DNA from: an uncultured Gemmatimonadales bacterium
GTDB lineage: Bacteria; Gemmatimonadota; Gemmatimonadetes; Longimicrobiales; RSA9
Length of the DNA: 64,000 bases
Reading direction: 5' to 3'
Assembly (NCBI GenBank): GCA_963741945.1
Contig: CAVUKA010000001.1
Coordinates: 1,024,001 to 1,088,000 of the forward strand
A program made the translations under genes and the position numbers. This document shows positions 18,636 through 27,673 of this stretch, in pieces (the stretch's first letter is position 1; every line of letters begins with the position of its first letter). Under the pieces are notes generated by a model that made no database searches, was not told the DNA's origin, and was given only the letters and a program-made list of their open reading frames with translations.

Positions 18636-20025
18636 CCGACGCCGCCGCCTGCGCCTCCATGTGTGTCCGCTCGTCCGCGCGGCTCCGGAGCCCGAACGCG
18701 GCCAGCGTCAGCACGGCCATCGCCACGGCCACCAGCAGGAACGCGGCGCCGTAGCTGGCGGTGTTGCCGCCGTGCGATGCGATGATGGCCCCGAGGACTG
18801 CGCTCCCCACCAGCTGACCCACCGAGATGAAGACCGTCAGGATCCCCTGCGCCGCCCCGCGTTCGGAGGCGGGCGCCTCATTGAGCATGAGATAGCGAAG
18901 AGACGACCCGAGCAGGCCGGCCATGCCAAGGCCGATGAGCGTGCCGGCGAAATAGAAGAGGAAGAGCGTGGCGGTGAACGCGCCCACGAGCGCCATGCCC
19001 ACGCCTATCAGCGCCGTGGACACGGTCACGACGGCCCGTGATCCGGCGCGATCGAGCATCCGGCCGAACACGGGCGCGCCGAGGCCGAGGGCAATGACAA
19101 TGGGCAGGAGCATGAACGACGCTTTCGAGACCGTCACGCCGAACGCCGCCACCAGCAGCGCCGGCACGAACACGACGGACGCCTCGCTGAGCCCCGCGCC
19201 GAGGGAGAGCCCGCTGGCGATGACGATCTGGCGGGAGCGGAAGAGGCCGGGCCGGAGCACCGGGTCGTGGGCGCGGCGCTCGACCGCCGGGAAGACCAGG
19301 GCGAGGAGAAGCGCCAGGAGCAGGAGCCCCCAGACGTCCGGGCGGTTCAGGCTCTGGAGCAGGTGCGCGGCGTCCAGGCGGTTGAGCGCGTAGGCAAACG
19401 CACCGAGCATCACGCCCAGCACGGCCATGCCGGCCCAGTCGAACGGGCGGGGCTCGGCCGCGCCGGCGGACGGGAGCACGCGCGCGGCACCGATCACCAC
19501 CACCACGGCGATCGGCAGGTTGACGAGGAACAGCCAGTGCCAGCTCAGCAGGAGGAGCACGCCACCGAGGATCGGGCCGAGGAGGAAGGCCAGCCCGAAG
19601 ACGGCACCGATGAGGCCCAGCGCGGAGCCGCGCTTCTCGGGGGGGAAGACATCCCCGATGACGGCACTGGCCACGGGGAAGACACCGCCAGCCCCGAGTC
19701 CCTGAACCGCGCGTCCTGTCAGCACCCAGCCGAACGTGGGCGCCAGCGCCACGAGCAGCGACCCCGCTCCGAAAATGGTCACGTCCGCCATGTAGATCGA
19801 CCTCCGGCCGTACCGGTCGGAGAGCTTGGCCATCAGCGGAGTGCCGATCAGGTTGAACAGCACGTAGATGCTCAGGATCCAGGCCGCCGCCCGCTCATCG
19901 ATCCCGAACGCCGACCGGACGGCCGGCAGCGCTGGTCCGATGATGGCGATGTCCAGGGCGCCCATGAGCACGCCCGTGAACAGCACGGCCAGGATCCTGT
20001 TCCGTTGCGACTTGGTCACTTCCAC
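18604..20025 (-). CDS. MFS transporter (DHA2-like drug efflux)
   Basis: About 14 TM segments, LSDRYGRR motif A, GRAVQGLGAGG, GPILGG motif C. Confidence 0.9.
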   Translation of the reverse strand: MEVTKSQRNRILAVLFTGVLMGALDIAIIGPALPAVRSAFGIDERAAAWILSIYVLFNLIGTPLMAKLSDRYGRRSIYMADVTIFGAGSLLVALAPTFGWVLTGRAVQGLGAGGVFPVASAVIGDVFPPEKRGSALGLIGAVFGLAFLLGPILGGVLLLLSWHWLFLVNLPIAVVVVIGAARVLPSAGAAEPRPFDWAGMAVLGVMLGAFAYALNRLDAAHLLQSLNRPDVWGLLLLALLLALVFPAVERRAHDPVLRPGLFRSRQIVIASGLSLGAGLSEASVVFVPALLVAAFGVTVSKASFMLLPIVIALGLGAPVFGRMLDRAGSRAVVTVSTALIGVGMALVGAFTATLFLFYFAGTLIGLGMAGLLGSSLRYLMLNEAPASERGAAQGILTVFISVGQLVGSAVLGAIIASHGGNTASYGAAFLLVAVAMAVLTLAAFGLRSRADERTHMEAQAAASAAVAPEAAAG

Positions 20026-20148
20026 TGGCTACTTCCTCCCCGCTTCCGCCTCGCCTGAAGACGGCGAAAGCTCATGGCGAGCTGCTGCTGAAGCAAGGGC
20101 CGAGGCCGCGCCCCCCCCGCGCGAGACCCCGGCCCCTCCGCCCTTCCG

Positions 20149-21612
20149 CTACCGCGGGAGCGGGTCGGGCATGTCGGCGATGACGTAGCTCATGACGGCC
20201 AGGGCCGCAACGCACTCCGCCAGGTCGGCCGGATCCAGCTTGTCGAGCGTGTCGGCGGCGCTGTGGTGATACCAGAAGTACTTCTCGCCCTCGACGTTCA
20301 GCCCCATCCCGGGCACGCCGAGTCGCATCATGGGCCCGATGTCTGCGCCGCCGCCACCGCGCCGGATCTCGCCCGCCTCGATGCGGTCCAGGAGGCTGCC
20401 CACGGTCCGGACCACCTGGAAGGCGGAATCCGAGCCGGTGAAACCGAACCCTTCGGGGTCGAATACACCCTCGTCGGACTCGATCATGAGGACGTGGTCG
20501 CCAGCCTGGTCGGCGTGGTCGCCGGCGTAGGCGCGGCCACCGCGGGTCCCGTTCTCCTCGTTCGTCCAGGCGACGACGCGCACGGTCCGGCGGGGGCGCA
20601 TGCCCAGCTCCTTCATCAGCTTCACGGCCTGCCAGGCCGCGACCACGCCGCCCGCATCGTCCATGGCGCCCTGGCCCACGTCCCAGGAGTCCAGGTGCCC
20701 GCTCACCACCACCACCTCGTCGGGCTTCTCGCTGCCCCGGATCTCGGCGATCACGTTTCGGGACGGGGCGTCGGGCAGGGTTTCCGCGTTCATCTCCAGG
20801 CGAAGCACGGGCGTGACGCCGCGCTCCTGCATCCGGTGCAGCATCTCGGCGTCCTCCACGGCGATGGCGGCGTGCGGGATCTTCGGCACACCGTCCTCGT
20901 AGTGCATTGCGCCCGTGTGCGGGCTGTCCATGGAGAACGACGCCACCGACCGGATCAGGCTCGCAACCGCTCCCGCCTTCGCCGCCTCCACCGCGCCATC
21001 GCTCCGGTAGCGGACGGTCTGGCCGTAGGTGACGAACGGGGCGTCGAAGAGGACGATCTTCCCGCGCGCGTCCGCCGCCCTCTCGTGCAGCTCGTCGAAG
21101 CTGGAGACCACGAGCACGGGCGCCGTGATCCCGCCCGCCGGCGTGGCGACGCTGCCGCCGAGGCCGAGCATGGGCAGCGCCCGATCCCGCGGCTCCACCA
21201 TGCGCAGCGACTCCTCGCCCCGCACCCAGTGCGGCACCATGGCTTCCTCGCCGTGCACGTTCTCGAGTCCGTCCTCCTTCATGCGCGCCATGACCCAGTC
21301 GATGGCGTCCTCGAGCGCCTGCGACCCGCTCAGGCGGGGCCCGAACGTGTCCACCAGCTCGCCCAGCCGCTCGTACGCTGCGCTGTCCCGGAGCGCGGCG
21401 TCGATGAACCGGTCCGCCGACGCGCGGTACGCGGCCACCAGGCCGCCGGTGTCGGGACTCGGTGCGCCGGCCGCAGTGCCGGCCGGTCGGGCAGCCGCGG
21501 CGTGACCGGGCGTCGCGGCACCGGCCTGCGCCGCCAGCGGTGCGGCGGCGGCCGATGTCGCCAGCACGAGGAATGTGGGCAGCGTCGCCCGCAGGATTCG
21601 GTTCTGCTTCAT
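20149..21612 (-). CDS. Secreted M28 metallopeptidase (carboxypeptidase Q-like)
   Basis: Signal peptide, FGPRLSGS, PA domain, GHLDSWDVGQGAMDD, NEENG, YHHSAAD; TGATG coupling to upstream permease. Confidence 0.9.
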   Translation of the reverse strand: MKQNRILRATLPTFLVLATSAAAAPLAAQAGAATPGHAAAARPAGTAAGAPSPDTGGLVAAYRASADRFIDAALRDSAAYERLGELVDTFGPRLSGSQALEDAIDWVMARMKEDGLENVHGEEAMVPHWVRGEESLRMVEPRDRALPMLGLGGSVATPAGGITAPVLVVSSFDELHERAADARGKIVLFDAPFVTYGQTVRYRSDGAVEAAKAGAVASLIRSVASFSMDSPHTGAMHYEDGVPKIPHAAIAVEDAEMLHRMQERGVTPVLRLEMNAETLPDAPSRNVIAEIRGSEKPDEVVVVSGHLDSWDVGQGAMDDAGGVVAAWQAVKLMKELGMRPRRTVRVVAWTNEENGTRGGRAYAGDHADQAGDHVLMIESDEGVFDPEGFGFTGSDSAFQVVRTVGSLLDRIEAGEIRRGGGGADIGPMMRLGVPGMGLNVEGEKYFWYHHSAADTLDKLDPADLAECVAALAVMSYVIADMPDPLPR

Positions 21613-22490
21613 CAGATCTGGCTCACAGGGTTCTTGGAATGAATCACCGGCCCCGGCTCCTCGCGGAGGTGGCTCAGGGTGGCGGGCTTGCGGACACCGA
21701 GCAGCGGCCTGGCCACGAAAGCCACGACCAGCGCGACACCGAACGAAACCACGAGCAGCGGCCCGGTGGTGACGTCCCAGTACACCGAACCGAGGAGGCC
21801 GGCCACGAGGGCCACTGCCCCGCTCGCCCACGCGATCAGGAGTGCGCGGTTGAACCGTCCGGTGAACGTGAACGCGATCACCGACGGGATCACGAGCGTG
21901 CTGAAGATGAGCAGAACACCGGCGAGTGTCACGGAGAAGGTGATGGCGATGCCGAAGGTGAGATAGAAAATGAAGTCCCACAAGCGGATACGGGATACGC
22001 GCTCGGGATGAAACGTAACCGCGCGCATCTTCTCGCGCGTGATGAAGTGAAACAGCCCTATGGCGGCATACGCCGCGGCGACGACGCCGAAGGTGCCCCA
22101 CGTGGCCCAGATCAGCGAGCCCGTCAGCGTCTCCTTCACGTGCTCCGCCCCCTCGGCCGTGAAGCTGGTGAGCAGGATCACGGTCGCGGACGCCACCACA
22201 TAGACGATCCCGATGATGGCTTCCTGCGGGACGAGCGTTTCCTCATGGCTGCGGGTGAAGCTGAAGATCGCGGCGCCCACCAGCGTGAACGCGAACGTCA
22301 GCGCCCAGGAGAGCGGGGTCCCGATGTGGGCGCCGAAGAGGAGCGCGATCGTGCTGCCGACGGCGGCGACCTGGGCGAACGCGAGGTCCACGAATATGAC
22401 CCCGCGCCGGATGATGTGGAGGCCGAAATAGGCGTTCATGGCCACGACCACCAGTCCGACGGCCAGGGGGGCGAGAATGAGGGAGAACAT
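21612..22490 (-). CDS. Metal ABC transporter permease (ZnuB/MntB-like)
   Basis: GLHIIRRGVIFVDLAFAQ, EAIIGIVY, multiple TM helices. Confidence 0.85.
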   Translation of the reverse strand: MFSLILAPLAVGLVVVAMNAYFGLHIIRRGVIFVDLAFAQVAAVGSTIALLFGAHIGTPLSWALTFAFTLVGAAIFSFTRSHEETLVPQEAIIGIVYVVASATVILLTSFTAEGAEHVKETLTGSLIWATWGTFGVVAAAYAAIGLFHFITREKMRAVTFHPERVSRIRLWDFIFYLTFGIAITFSVTLAGVLLIFSTLVIPSVIAFTFTGRFNRALLIAWASGAVALVAGLLGSVYWDVTTGPLLVVSFGVALVVAFVARPLLGVRKPATLSHLREEPGPVIHSKNPVSQI

Positions 22491-22493
22491 GGC

Positions 22494-23663
22494 TCAGCTC
22501 CCCGCGAACGCGGCGGCGAGGGAGCCGACCCAGCGGTCCACCACGTCGAAATAGGTGGGTGTGCCGGGGCCGCCCGGCTGGAGCGGGACGATGACGGCAG
22601 TCCCGCCCGCGCGGGCGGCCACGGCCTTCACCTTCGCGGGATCGAAGTAGTTGGCTGCGAGCAGGACATTGATGCCCTGGTGCTTCATCAGGTCGATGAG
22701 GTCGCCCACGTGTCCCGGCGTGGGCGGGATTCCGGGCTTGGCTTCGACGTAGTCGACGCAGGTGACGCCGAAGCGGTTCTCGAAGTACGCCCAGTTCTTG
22801 TGGTAGCAGACGATCTTCCTGCCGCGAAACGGCTGGGCGGCCCCGAGCCAGCCCCCCAGCCGCGCCGTGAGTGGCTGGCCCTGATAGTCCTGGGCCGCGA
22901 GGAAATCCAGCAGCTTCCCCTGGTGGCTGAGCCGCTCCAGCGTGGCGCCCCCCAGCATGTCGACCAGCGCGTCGCCGTAGAGCCGGCGGTAGAGCCGATC
23001 GGTGTATGCAGCCAGCTTGGCGTCGAACATCGCCGCGTCGCCCGCATCCACGTTCTTGAGCCCGGCCGTGATGTTCCGCGCGATCTGCAGCACGTTCAGC
23101 GGATCGGTAAACAGGTGCGGGTTGCCATAAATGTGGATGTCGCCCTGGGAGCGGTCATGCGAGGTGGGGACGTCGAGCAGCTCGATGCCGGGGTAGGCAG
23201 TGATGTACCCCTGTCCTCCCTCCTTCACTTTCGCGTTCCCCGCCTTGTCCAGGAGGGCGGGTACCCAGAGCTCCAGGTCGAGGCCCGTGGTCACGAAGGC
23301 GTCCGCCTGCCGGATCCTCAGCGCGTAGCTGGGCTTCGGCCGGACGAAATGGGCGTCCTCCGCCGGATCGGCAATGGCCGTGACCTCCACGGCGTCGCCG
23401 GCGATGGTGCGAACCAGCTCGGCGTAGACGGGCAGGGTGGCGACCACGCGGAGGGGCCCAGGGAAGGGCCAGGCTCCAAAATCCGCATTCGGCCGATCGA
23501 GGCATGCTGGCGTCGCGCATGGAAGCGGAAATGGCGTCTCCGCCGGCGCCGGGGCATGGTCGGCCGGGCCGAATGTGGATTTTGGAGCCTGGCCCTGTGG
23601 TTGTGGTTGGGGCGGGGTGGCCAGGGTGACGGCCAGCGCCGCCACCAGATTCAGCATCGTCAT
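22494..23663 (-). CDS. Metal ABC substrate-binding protein (ZnuA/TroA family)
   Basis: VVATLPVY, DAHFVRPKPS, DIHIYGNPH, YHKNWAYF, EAKPGIPPTPGH. Confidence 0.9.
   Translation of the reverse strand: MTMLNLVAALAVTLATPPQPQPQGQAPKSTFGPADHAPAPAETPFPLPCATPACLDRPNADFGAWPFPGPLRVVATLPVYAELVRTIAGDAVEVTAIADPAEDAHFVRPKPSYALRIRQADAFVTTGLDLELWVPALLDKAGNAKVKEGGQGYITAYPGIELLDVPTSHDRSQGDIHIYGNPHLFTDPLNVLQIARNITAGLKNVDAGDAAMFDAKLAAYTDRLYRRLYGDALVDMLGGATLERLSHQGKLLDFLAAQDYQGQPLTARLGGWLGAAQPFRGRKIVCYHKNWAYFENRFGVTCVDYVEAKPGIPPTPGHVGDLIDLMKHQGINVLLAANYFDPAKVKAVAARAGGTAVIVPLQPGGPGTPTYFDVVDRWVGSLAAAFAGS
23465..23596. mobile_element. 132-bp miniature inverted-repeat element inserted in frame in the ZnuA-like gene
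   Basis: 30-bp terminal inverted repeats, 29/30 match: agggccaggctccaaaatccgcattcggcc (23465-23494) and ggccgaatgtggattttggagcctggccct (23567-23596); length is 44 codons. Confidence 0.65.
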
Positions 23664-23682
23664 GTGTGGCTCTCCGTGGTTC

Positions 23683-25065
23683 TCAGTAGGTCTGGTGCTT
23701 GTGGGGTCCCATGGCGAACGTGGTCTGGAGCGTGAGCTGCCTCAGCGTGCCATCCGGCCTGTGCAGGAAGTCCATCTCGGCGCGCAGGCGGACGAACTCG
23801 CTCTGCCAGAACGTGAGCGTCGGGGCGGCGAGCCATGACGACCGTGGCGGATCGAGCGGGTCCTCGGTCCAGCCCCAGCGTCCACCCACCAGCCACCGCG
23901 GTCCCAGGCGCATCTCGGCGTTGGCGAACGCGCCCCAGGCGTTGCCGGGGTCGGGCCCATCCGTCGCTCCGGTGGCCAGCGAGCCGAGCACCGCCCCACC
24001 GCGCAGCGTGATCTCGCGGTAGTGGCCGCGTTCGGGCGGTCGCCAGCTGAGCGTGAAGTCCACACCGCCGACGCGGGTGGCGAAGTCGTCCTCTCCGGTC
24101 CAATCGGGCCCGGCCAGGCCGGTCAGTCCGAGCTCAAAGTAGGTGGAGCGGCTCAGGTCCCAGAACGCGTTCAGGTGCCCGAGGGCGGCGGGGCGGTTGG
24201 CGCCGCCGAAGGCCACCTCGTTCCCGCTGTTCGTCAATTCGGTCCACACCTCCCAGGTGCCCGCTCCGGTCGCGGGCACGAGCCAGTGCACCGACAGCCC
24301 CGTCTCCGCCAGTCCTTCTTCACCGAAGAAGGCGACGTAGGGGAGCGGGAAGCTCTGGCCGGGGAGTGCGTGCGGGTGCCAGCGATTGAGCTGGCCGAAG
24401 CGCTGCCGGAAGCGGCCGAACGTGACGTTCAGCCCACCGGGTAGCCCCGTCCAGAGGATGTATGCCTCTTCCGCGGAGACTTCGGGCCCTTCCTCCGGCG
24501 CGCTCGGATCCTCGAACGGCGCCAGGCCGCCGGCCGGGCGGCCGAAGCTCAGATTGACCTTGGCCAGCGCATACGGATCGAGATTGGACTGGAAGCCCAC
24601 CTCGATCTCACGGGCCACGAACGACTGGTGGCCGGGGTCATCCAAGTCCATGAAGCCGAACAGGTCGCCGGTGACCGTCAGCTCCGGGTTGAGCGCCTGC
24701 AGGTTGCGCTGACGGCCGACGAACGCCGGCTGCGCGGGCTCCTGGGCGGGCGATGCGCCGGTGGTGTCTTCCGCTCCCCCCGCCGCGGCAGCGGCCGCGG
24801 CCCGGAGCGCGGCGAGAGTGTCCCCGGGAGTCTCGCCGGCCTGACCTGGCGCGGCCTGTGAGCCGGCGGCCTGAAGCGCCTTCACCATGCGGGTGAGGCT
24901 GTCCAGGGTGGCGCGGACGCGCGCCACCTCGCGGCGCAGGGAGTCGACTGGCGGCCGGGGCGACGGCTGCTGTGCCGCGAGCGAAGCGGGCGCCGCAAGC
25001 GCCAGGATCGCGGCCGACACGAGCGCGTGGACGGCGCCCGGGCGCCGCCTCGATGTCCATTTCAA
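23683..25065 (-). CDS. Outer-membrane beta-barrel/porin associated with metal uptake
   Basis: GGAGG + TTG start, signal peptide, coiled coil, NPELTVTGD, EEAY, LNRWHPH, SEFVRLR, His-rich C-terminus GPHKHQTY. Confidence 0.7.
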   Translation of the reverse strand: MKWTSRRRPGAVHALVSAAILALAAPASLAAQQPSPRPPVDSLRREVARVRATLDSLTRMVKALQAAGSQAAPGQAGETPGDTLAALRAAAAAAAGGAEDTTGASPAQEPAQPAFVGRQRNLQALNPELTVTGDLFGFMDLDDPGHQSFVAREIEVGFQSNLDPYALAKVNLSFGRPAGGLAPFEDPSAPEEGPEVSAEEAYILWTGLPGGLNVTFGRFRQRFGQLNRWHPHALPGQSFPLPYVAFFGEEGLAETGLSVHWLVPATGAGTWEVWTELTNSGNEVAFGGANRPAALGHLNAFWDLSRSTYFELGLTGLAGPDWTGEDDFATRVGGVDFTLSWRPPERGHYREITLRGGAVLGSLATGATDGPDPGNAWGAFANAEMRLGPRWLVGGRWGWTEDPLDPPRSSWLAAPTLTFWQSEFVRLRAEMDFLHRPDGTLRQLTLQTTFAMGPHKHQTY

Positions 25066-25134
25066 GGGTTCCTCCGCCGATGTGGGTGATCATCCCCGCG
25101 CCACTGCTGTGGCACGGGCGCCGAAGACGGGGCT

Positions 25135-25464
25135 TCAGCCGGTGGGTGGGGCCCTGGAGCGATACGGTGGGTGGAGGAGCAGCTCGGCCGGCGAGCCCGC
25201 GTCCGCGACGGTCGCGGCCTCGTGGATCCGTTGCGCGAGCGGCGGCGGCGAGGATGTGGGCGGGGCCCAGGGTGTAGCGCCGAAGGAGAGGCAGAGGTGG
25301 TGATCGTGAGCCAGCCAGCCGGGCTGGGTCGGCTTCGCATCAATGGCGAGCCTGTGGAGTTCGGTCCCCACGTCCAGCAGCGGCACGGCCAGCATCGACG
25401 TGCCGAGAAGCACCGCCACGATGAGGCTGATGAGCCGGCGTGGACTTCTGGACCGGAGGGGCAT
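25135..25464 (-). CDS. DUF2946/CruR-like upstream regulatory ORF with RAPP arrest motif
   Basis: N-terminal hydrophobic helix, HDHHLC metal-binding patch, Pro-rich linker, C-terminal RSRAPPTG; 70 bp upstream of the porin gene. Confidence 0.7.
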   Translation of the reverse strand: MPLRSRSPRRLISLIVAVLLGTSMLAVPLLDVGTELHRLAIDAKPTQPGWLAHDHHLCLSFGATPWAPPTSSPPPLAQRIHEAATVADAGSPAELLLHPPYRSRAPPTG

Positions 25465-25635
25465 GGTACGGAGGTTCGTGGACGGACACCGGGTCTGTCA
25501 AGGAAACGTCCGGGCCGGCCCACACCGGAAGCGGAGCGCGGCGCCCCGGGCGGCGGGGCGGGACTTGCGAGCGGAGCGTCGAGCGGCCAGCATCCGCCGG
25601 GTCGGAACCACGGACCCGGAGTGCAAAGGAACCGC

Positions 25636-27024
25636 GTGAAGACCATCATCGAGCCTTTCAAGATCAAGGCAGTGGAGCCGATCCGCATGACCACGCGCGA
25701 GGAGCGCATGGAGTGGCTGGCGGAAGCGGGATACAACGTATTCCTCCTGAAGTCGGACATGGTGCTCATCGACCTGCTGACGGACAGCGGCACGTCGGCA
25801 ATGAGCGCGGAGCAGTGGGCCGCCATCATGCGGGGCGACGAGGCGTACGCGGGCTCCCGGTCCTTCTACAGGCTGGAGAAGCGGGTGAAGGAGCTGTTCG
25901 GGTTCAAGCACCTGATCCCGACGCACCAGGGGCGCGCGGCCGAGCGCATCCTGTTCAGCACCATGTGCCAGGCCGGGGACGTGGTCCCGAACAACACGCA
26001 TTTCGACACCACGCGGGCGAACATCGAAGCGCGAGGCGCGCAGGCGGTGGACCTGCCGACGCCCAGGGCGAAGAACCGGCAGGAGCCGGCGCCGTTCAAG
26101 GGGGACATGGACGTGGACGGGCTGCGTCGCCTGATCGGAGAGGTGGGCGCGGACAGGATCCCGCTCTGCATGGTGACGGTGACGAACAATTCCGGGGGCG
26201 GGCAGCCGGTGTCGCTGGCGAACATGCGTGAGATCAGCGACGTGTGCCGCGAGCACGGCATCCCCTTCTACATCGACGCCTGCCGGTTCGCGGAGAACGC
26301 GTACCTGATCAAGAGGAACGAGGAAGGTCAGGCCGGGCGGACCGTGGAGGAGATCGCGCGGGAGATGTTCTCCTACGCCGATGGCTGCACGTTCAGCGCG
26401 AAGAAGGATGGCCTGGCCAACATCGGCGGGTTCGTGGCCACGAACGACGACCGTCTGGCCGAGCAGGAGAAGGACCTGCTGATCCTGACGGAAGGCTTCC
26501 CCACGTACGGCGGGCTGGCCGGGCGCGACCTGGAAGCGATCGCGGTGGGTCTCGAGGAAGTCGTGCAGGAGGACTACCTCGAGTACCGGCTCGCTTCCGT
26601 GCGATACCTGGGCGAGCACATCGCCCGGGAGGGCGTCCCCATCATCCAGCCTCCGGGCGGGCACGCCGTCTACCTGGATGCGGCCGCGTTCCTGCCGCAC
26701 GTGGCACCGCTCCAGCTGCCGGGGCAGGCGCTGGTGTCGGAGTTGTACGTGGCGGGCGGGATCCGTGGCGTGGAGATCGGGACGGTCATGTTCGGGCGGC
26801 GGGACCCGGAGACGGGCAAGGAGGAGCCCGGACCCATGGAGCTGGTGCGGCTCACGATCCCGCGGCGCGTCTACACGCAGAGTCACATCGACTACGTGAT
26901 CGAGGTCATCCTCGAAGTGTTCCGGCGCCGCGAGTCCATCGGCGGGTTCAGGATCACGCGCCAGGCGCCGGTCCTGCGGCATTTCACCGCCCGCTTCGAG
27001 CCGCTGTACGCGTTCGGGAGCTGA
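25636..27024 (+). CDS. tnaA: Tryptophanase (beta-eliminating lyase)
   Basis: EPFKIKAVE, DLLTDSGT, HQGRAAE, SAKKD (PLP lysine); HFDTT and VEIG residues match tryptophanase rather than tyrosine phenol-lyase. Confidence 0.85.
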   Translation: MKTIIEPFKIKAVEPIRMTTREERMEWLAEAGYNVFLLKSDMVLIDLLTDSGTSAMSAEQWAAIMRGDEAYAGSRSFYRLEKRVKELFGFKHLIPTHQGRAAERILFSTMCQAGDVVPNNTHFDTTRANIEARGAQAVDLPTPRAKNRQEPAPFKGDMDVDGLRRLIGEVGADRIPLCMVTVTNNSGGGQPVSLANMREISDVCREHGIPFYIDACRFAENAYLIKRNEEGQAGRTVEEIAREMFSYADGCTFSAKKDGLANIGGFVATNDDRLAEQEKDLLILTEGFPTYGGLAGRDLEAIAVGLEEVVQEDYLEYRLASVRYLGEHIAREGVPIIQPPGGHAVYLDAAAFLPHVAPLQLPGQALVSELYVAGGIRGVEIGTVMFGRRDPETGKEEPGPMELVRLTIPRRVYTQSHIDYVIEVILEVFRRRESIGGFRITRQAPVLRHFTARFEPLYAFGS

Positions 27025-27044
27025 GAGCCACGACGAACCACGCG

Positions 27045-27656
27045 CTGGACTTCGATTACATCACCAGGCGCCATTCCTTCCGCGCGGTGCGGCAGCTGGC
27101 GGAAGCGTCGTATGGCGCCGAGCCCCGTGCCACCATGATGGACGAAGAGATGTGGCGCGCGTTCCCCCGTGGCTACGTGGGCGCCTGGAATGAAGCGGAG
27201 CTGACCGGGTGCATCCAGCTCTGGCCGCTGGATGGGATGCGGGCGGGGGACTTTCTCATCGGCGCCCGCTCCGAGGACCACCTCACGGTGGAGGACCTTT
27301 CGGCCGCCTGCAACAGCGGCCGGACTGTCTGGTACTTCGCGGGCCTGCTCGTGGCCACCGCGTGGCGGGGACGCGGGCTGGGTGCCCACCTGTTCGCGGA
27401 AGCCATGGTGCGCTGGCACCGGGACCTGCCGTGGCGGGCGCCGATCCGGTTTGCGGCGCTGGGCGCCAGTCGGGAGGGGATGTCGTTCATCCAGGGGCTC
27501 GGCATGAGCCTGCTGCGGCCGGAGTCCGAGACGGTGGACGGGCACCCGCTCTTCGCGCGCACTTTCGCCTCGGAACGCGAGCTGATCGAGGTGGTGAGTG
27601 CCGCGCGCGCCGCGGCGGACCGCAAGGGTCGGCTGCTCACGGCCGACCGCGTCTGA
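27045..27656 (+). CDS. Hypothetical protein, GNAT-like
   Basis: WYFAGLLVATAWRGRGLG resembles GNAT motif A; start uncertain (CTG 27045 or ATG 27135). Confidence 0.55.
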   Translation: MDFDYITRRHSFRAVRQLAEASYGAEPRATMMDEEMWRAFPRGYVGAWNEAELTGCIQLWPLDGMRAGDFLIGARSEDHLTVEDLSAACNSGRTVWYFAGLLVATAWRGRGLGAHLFAEAMVRWHRDLPWRAPIRFAALGASREGMSFIQGLGMSLLRPESETVDGHPLFARTFASERELIEVVSAARAAADRKGRLLTADRV

Positions 27657-27673
27657 CGGCGGGCGGGGCTCCC

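Noticed and set aside
25636-27024. Tyrosine phenol-lyase feeding phenol into the BCR pathway
   Set aside because: It has FDTT and VEIG rather than the TPL-type FTTT and MERG residues
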